A stretch of 64,000 nucleotides of DNA from Spirochaetia bacterium. GTDB taxonomy: Bacteria; Spirochaetota; Spirochaetia; UBA9216. This document shows positions 59,851-64,000 of the stretch, piece after piece (positions within the stretch are counted from its first letter, which is position 1; each line of letters opens with the position of its first letter). Under the pieces are notes generated by a model. It was not told the origin of the DNA. It worked only from the letters and a program-made list of their open reading frames with translations, and made no database searches. Both the position numbers and the translations under genes were made by a program. Location: assembly GCA_965140585.1 (NCBI GenBank), contig OZ223272.1:224001-288000 (forward strand), read 5' to 3'.

Positions 59851-59979
59851 TAATCTCCTCCTGTCTTAATATAGATTGACTAATCATTCTATAAATAATG
59901 GCTGTCTCATCTCTGACACAGCCATGTTAAAGGAGTGATAATTGAGTACACCCCCTATTCAGGGGTTGTCATTTATATT

Positions 59980-61287
59980 CTACCAGTCTGCAAGAACTTC
60001 TTTTACTGCTTCTTCAAAAGCATTAAGTGAGAATTCTGCATCCTCATCAGTATGGCAGGAAGAAATGAACCAGGGTTCTCTTGAATCATGGTCGGGCATA
60101 AGTCCCTTTTCCATACATTTATCGATTATAGCACTGTAAAGTTCATGATCTCCGTCTGCCCAGTCCTGGTACTCAATACATTCATCCTTATCGGTGAAAA
60201 TAATACCCGGCATTGCATCAGGGCCCTGGACTACATAGTTAACACCTGCTTTATCAAGTATCTTCTTGAAGCCTTCCTTTAGGAGTTTTCCATGATGGTT
60301 CACTTTATCAAGCTCTCCGGCAGCCATAAGATCAAGAACCTTATCTGCAGCAGCCATTGAAACAACGTTTGAACCGTAGGTTCCGCCGTGAGGAATCTTT
60401 CCGGGCCCTACTTCACCCATGATCTCTTCTTTACCGGCGATTGCTGCAACAGGAAAACCGTTACCAAGACACTTTGCATAAGTTACAAGGTCGGCTTTAA
60501 CATTGAAGTATTCCTGTGCCCCGCCCGGAGCTATACGGAATCCGGTTTTAACCTCGTCCATGATCATTACGATACCGTATTCGTCACATTTCTTTCTGAT
60601 AAAATCAAGGAAGCCCGGCTGCGGCATAATTGAAGCCTGGTTACCGAGAAGCGGTTCTACAATAATACACGCTATATCATGCCATTTTTCATGAAGCTTT
60701 CTTTCGAGAAGCTCAAAATCGTTAAAAGGCAGTGACCACACAAGGTCGCTAATAAGTGCAGGAATACCGGAGCCCTGTGGTACAAGAAACGGAGAGTTTC
60801 TGTAACCTACTCCTGATACAGGCGGATAAGTATTCCAAAGTGTATAATCATGGAAGCCGTGGTAGGCTCCGTCAAATTTCAGAACATCATTTCTGTCGGT
60901 AAATGCCCTTGCAATTCTGATTGCACCCATAGTTGCTTCTGTACCGGTATTTGTAAATCTAACAAGATCAACACCAGTCATAGCTCTAATCTTCTCAGCA
61001 ACACTGATTTCATAGGGGTTGGTCATTGCAAAGCAGTTACCCATACTCATAGCTTCCGTTACGTATTCAGTGATTTCTTCTCTAGCATGTCCGAGAATAA
61101 CAGGACCGAAGCCCAGCCTGTAATCGACATACTTGTTGTCATCCTGGTCCCAGAGATAGGCGCCTTTCGCATTCTTTACGACGAGTGTTTTGTCATCACC
61201 CCAGTACCTGAAGTTCGATGATACACCGCCAGGAATTGATTTTTTTGCCCGTTCAAACATTGCTCTGCTTTTAGGACCGCTATTCAT
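59980..61287 (-). CDS. Class III PLP aminotransferase (GSA-aminomutase-like)
   Basis: PGGV.S..R, G....D.D.N.Y.D, F.N.GTEA, FDG.YHG, DEVKTGFR, T.AK..GNG.P, HGGTY. Confidence 0.92.
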   Translation of the reverse strand: MNSGPKSRAMFERAKKSIPGGVSSNFRYWGDDKTLVVKNAKGAYLWDQDDNKYVDYRLGFGPVILGHAREEITEYVTEAMSMGNCFAMTNPYEISVAEKIRAMTGVDLVRFTNTGTEATMGAIRIARAFTDRNDVLKFDGAYHGFHDYTLWNTYPPVSGVGYRNSPFLVPQGSGIPALISDLVWSLPFNDFELLERKLHEKWHDIACIIVEPLLGNQASIMPQPGFLDFIRKKCDEYGIVMIMDEVKTGFRIAPGGAQEYFNVKADLVTYAKCLGNGFPVAAIAGKEEIMGEVGPGKIPHGGTYGSNVVSMAAADKVLDLMAAGELDKVNHHGKLLKEGFKKILDKAGVNYVVQGPDAMPGIIFTDKDECIEYQDWADGDHELYSAIIDKCMEKGLMPDHDSREPWFISSCHTDEDAEFSLNAFEEAVKEVLADW

Positions 61288-61416
61288 TTATTCGTACCTC
61301 ATTATAAAAAGATTGTCATTTGTTTAATTTTATACAATAATATCCTATCACAGCTCTGAACAGATTATGACACAGCCCTGTCATTTACGGAATTTGCTGT
61401 AAAATGAGGTGAAATT

Positions 61417-64000
61417 ATGCCGGGATCAAGGGAATACCTACCACCGGAAATCAAGAAAGTGCACTCACGCACTAGACTTTTTAGGTTTTTCGAAGAAAAA
61501 CGAGTTATTTTTATCGAAGGCGCACCTGGTCAGGGAAAGACCACTGCCGCTATCGACTACATCAATTCCGAAGATAAAGAATGTATATGGAATACTCTCG
61601 ATGACTGGGACCTTGACTACAAGGTTTTCCTCGATTATCTGGAAAGCTATATCAGAGCGTTTACCGGCAATCCGGCGGATGACAAAGCGCCCTATCTGGT
61701 AAAAGAAGAGCGTGACATTCTTGAAGACGTAGAGGATTTCTGCGAGAGGGTCATAGATCTGATACCGGATGATCTCTTCATTGTCTTTGATAAATACGAG
61801 GTTGTAAACAGCAATCAGGAAGTATCGACCGCTTTTGAGCACCTGCTTGATATGCTGATAGAGAAAGCCAGAATAATAATACTTACCAGGGAAGCTCCCG
61901 AACTTTCTCTGGCTCACATCCGCTCACGTAAAGAACTGACCGAACTGAAAAACCGGGATCTGGCATTCAGCCGTGAAGAAATTCGCGATCTGCTGTACAG
62001 CGTTTACGACATGAGTTTTGATTCAATAGTTCTAGACCGGCTTCTTGAAGTAACCGACGGATGGATCACAGGAATCATCTTTCTGATGGAAAAACTCTGT
62101 ACCCTTAACAGAAAAGAAGGGGAAGCTCTGCTTGAGAATTTCCTGCATGATAAGGGAACTCCGGAACTTGATGACTTTTTTGAATCACAGGTTCTTGCAA
62201 GACTTGATGATGATCTTATTCCGCAGCTGTATAAGCTCAGCTGCGTTCATGAGTTTACGCCTGAACTGGTTGAAGCTCTTACCGGCGTCAGCGGGCTCGA
62301 TTTCATAGAGATGCTGCAGAATAAAAACCTGTTCGTCTGGAGTGATGAACCCATAAAATACATGTATGGATTCAATCCGCTGTTTCAAACCTATCTGAAA
62401 TATGAATTCGATGAAATGCCTGAGGATGACAGACGGCAGACGCTTATCGATGCCGCGGCTTACTATAAAGAAGAGGAAGACGATCCTTATACACCGATTA
62501 TGTATCTGGCGGAAGCAGGCGAACTTGAACGCGCAAAAACCGAACTTATTGAACTGTCCGAAGAACTTATAAAAAACAACGAGCATGAAGCCATACACGA
62601 GGTACTTAATTACTTTCCCGAAGAAATGAGAGAGGAAGACCCCTATCTGGCCTATTATGAAGCAGTTGTTAAAAACCTGATGCAGCCGGAAACCTCAAGA
62701 AAAAAACTGCTGAAGCTGCTATACGTATTCAGAAGCATGGGCGAGCACAACAAGGAAGCGTCCATATACGCAGTACTTCTGACCAACTATTTCTTCTTCC
62801 AGACAAACGCCGAGACAGTCGGGAATATAATCAATATGGCGGAAGACTTCCTTATAACCAGCGGAAGTCAGATAAACCAGGACCAGAAGGAACTGCTTGA
62901 AGCTCTTATCCCTCTCGGACAATGGTGGAGTGGAGCTTCACGGGAAAAAGCATTTGAAATTGCACTCCGGGCAGAGGAAATGTCCAATAAGATCAACAAT
63001 GAAGAGGCTTTTCTCTGTTCACGGCTTGTTCTGTCAAAGATATACATATCCAGAGGTGAATTTGACCAGGCCATGGGACTGCTTGAAAACACCGAAAAGA
63101 TGTTTTCAGAGGGAACACTTCACCTGTATAAATACTACAACAGCCTGCTGAGCTTTTATATGGGAGACATTTTCTTCTATAAAGGGGAAATTCCCGCAGC
63201 TATCAACAGAATACACAAAGCCATATCAAGCTCCGGCAAAGATTTTGCATTCAGGCCCTATCTGTATCTGAATCTGGTTTTCTATAATCTTTATACACAT
63301 AACACCGAGAAAGCTGACAGCCATTATGCACACCTCAAAGACAGTGATACAGGTGAAAACCTTTATCTTCTCTATAATATCAACTTCCTGTTTGAGATGC
63401 TCCTGGCCTACAGAAACAATAATGTCCACCGAACTGAATACTACTGCAACCGGCTTATGGAAAAAGAGAATGAAAAGCTTCTGAATGCAGATTTCCCATT
63501 CAGTCATATAGCCCTGGCAGAGGTGAGCATTTTCGCCGGAAACGGACAGAAAAGCAGAAAAATCCTCAGCAAACTCCTGCAGAAAATCAACAGCAGTAAT
63601 GCCCCCTATTCATTTGCAACGGCAAAAGCCCTGCTGGGTTATATCTGCAGTAAGGAAGGCGATCCTTCCGGGGCTGATGAGCATTTCAGAGAAATGGAAG
63701 ATGTCATCTTAAAACGGAAATACACAAACCTTGACGTCTGCTCTCCGGAGCTGCTCAAGGAAATCTCCGAACTCAGCGGACACAGGGCCTTCGAAAATTT
63801 TCCGAGACTGAAGGATGAAAAGCAGTTTGAGGAGCTTTCAAATACCCAGTATGACCTTGAGATTGAAACGCTTGGAAGCTTCAAGGTTTTTGTTTTCGGG
63901 AAAGAAATATCGGCCGATTTGCTCGGCGGACAGAAAAGGGTAATGGATCTGCTGAAACTTCTGGTGGTTTACCGTAAAAACGGAGTTATGAAGGAACGTC
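61417..64000 (+). CDS. Large MalT-like STAND regulator with TPR region and SARP/BTAD-type DNA-binding domain (3' truncated by window)
   Basis: Open frame from ATG 61417 (GAGGTG RBS) to the window end: Walker A EGAPGQGKTT, LAFS.EE, T.GW..G, and final I.TLG.F.V...LLKLLV. Missing from the ORF track because there is no stop codon. Confidence 0.88.
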   Translation, partial: MPGSREYLPPEIKKVHSRTRLFRFFEEKRVIFIEGAPGQGKTTAAIDYINSEDKECIWNTLDDWDLDYKVFLDYLESYIRAFTGNPADDKAPYLVKEERDILEDVEDFCERVIDLIPDDLFIVFDKYEVVNSNQEVSTAFEHLLDMLIEKARIIILTREAPELSLAHIRSRKELTELKNRDLAFSREEIRDLLYSVYDMSFDSIVLDRLLEVTDGWITGIIFLMEKLCTLNRKEGEALLENFLHDKGTPELDDFFESQVLARLDDDLIPQLYKLSCVHEFTPELVEALTGVSGLDFIEMLQNKNLFVWSDEPIKYMYGFNPLFQTYLKYEFDEMPEDDRRQTLIDAAAYYKEEEDDPYTPIMYLAEAGELERAKTELIELSEELIKNNEHEAIHEVLNYFPEEMREEDPYLAYYEAVVKNLMQPETSRKKLLKLLYVFRSMGEHNKEASIYAVLLTNYFFFQTNAETVGNIINMAEDFLITSGSQINQDQKELLEALIPLGQWWSGASREKAFEIALRAEEMSNKINNEEAFLCSRLVLSKIYISRGEFDQAMGLLENTEKMFSEGTLHLYKYYNSLLSFYMGDIFFYKGEIPAAINRIHKAISSSGKDFAFRPYLYLNLVFYNLYTHNTEKADSHYAHLKDSDTGENLYLLYNINFLFEMLLAYRNNNVHRTEYYCNRLMEKENEKLLNADFPFSHIALAEVSIFAGNGQKSRKILSKLLQKINSSNAPYSFATAKALLGYICSKEGDPSGADEHFREMEDVILKRKYTNLDVCSPELLKEISELSGHRAFENFPRLKDEKQFEELSNTQYDLEIETLGSFKVFVFGKEISADLLGGQKRVMDLLKLLVVYRKNGVMKER

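Noticed and set aside
59980-61287. Assigning hemL
   Set aside because: The family motif is shared, but there are no tetrapyrrole genes and the transporter/regulator context argues for another substrate.
61409-63884. Small ORFs listed in the last 2.6 kb
   Set aside because: All are explained as shadows of the single open frame 61417 to the window end.
1-64000. CRISPR arrays, tRNA/rRNA genes, IS elements, prophage or defence genes
   Set aside because: No regularly spaced direct repeats, cloverleaf motifs, transposase, integrase or nuclease ORFs seen by eye; short or degenerate elements could have been missed.

Overview
Bacterial chromosomal window (roughly 40-45% GC by eye) from an anaerobe, probably a free-living spirochaete (inferred from the 'FAGGQQE' binding-protein signal peptide and the DUF2147/DUF3783 genes). 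It is a mosaic of catabolic islands. (1) A tungsten-type aldehyde:ferredoxin oxidoreductase operon behind a P3-less Moco/Tuco riboswitch, divergent from a sulfur carrier, an orphan divergent YidC and an EamA gene. (2) A ~27 kb sugar-acid/2-hydroxyacid catabolic region (5.8-32.9 kb) with two CUT2 ABC importers, UxuA, a LarA-family epimerase, DgoK-like kinase, DapA-family aldolase, FAH, two CtBP-like dehydrogenases, a cyclase-DUF362-cyclase trio and KdsC; two of its promoters are near-duplicates, probably controlled by RpiR. (3) A block of decaying genes (32.9-38.9 kb). (4) A phloretin/phloroglucinol (flavonoid A-ring) degradation cluster with an extra AprAB-like flavoprotein/ferredoxin pair, a GntP-like permease and an AraC-GH39 regulator. 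(5) Further remnants and housekeeping-type genes, including an unannotated leader-peptide attenuator with two coupled terminators (54.0-54.3 kb) and a candidate sRNA (56.6-56.75 kb). (6) An aminotransferase-III/SSS symporter/saccharopine-dehydrogenase-like operon opposite a large MalT-like regulator cut by the window end. No rRNA, tRNA, CRISPR or transposase was seen. All functional calls come from motif recognition, not database searches.
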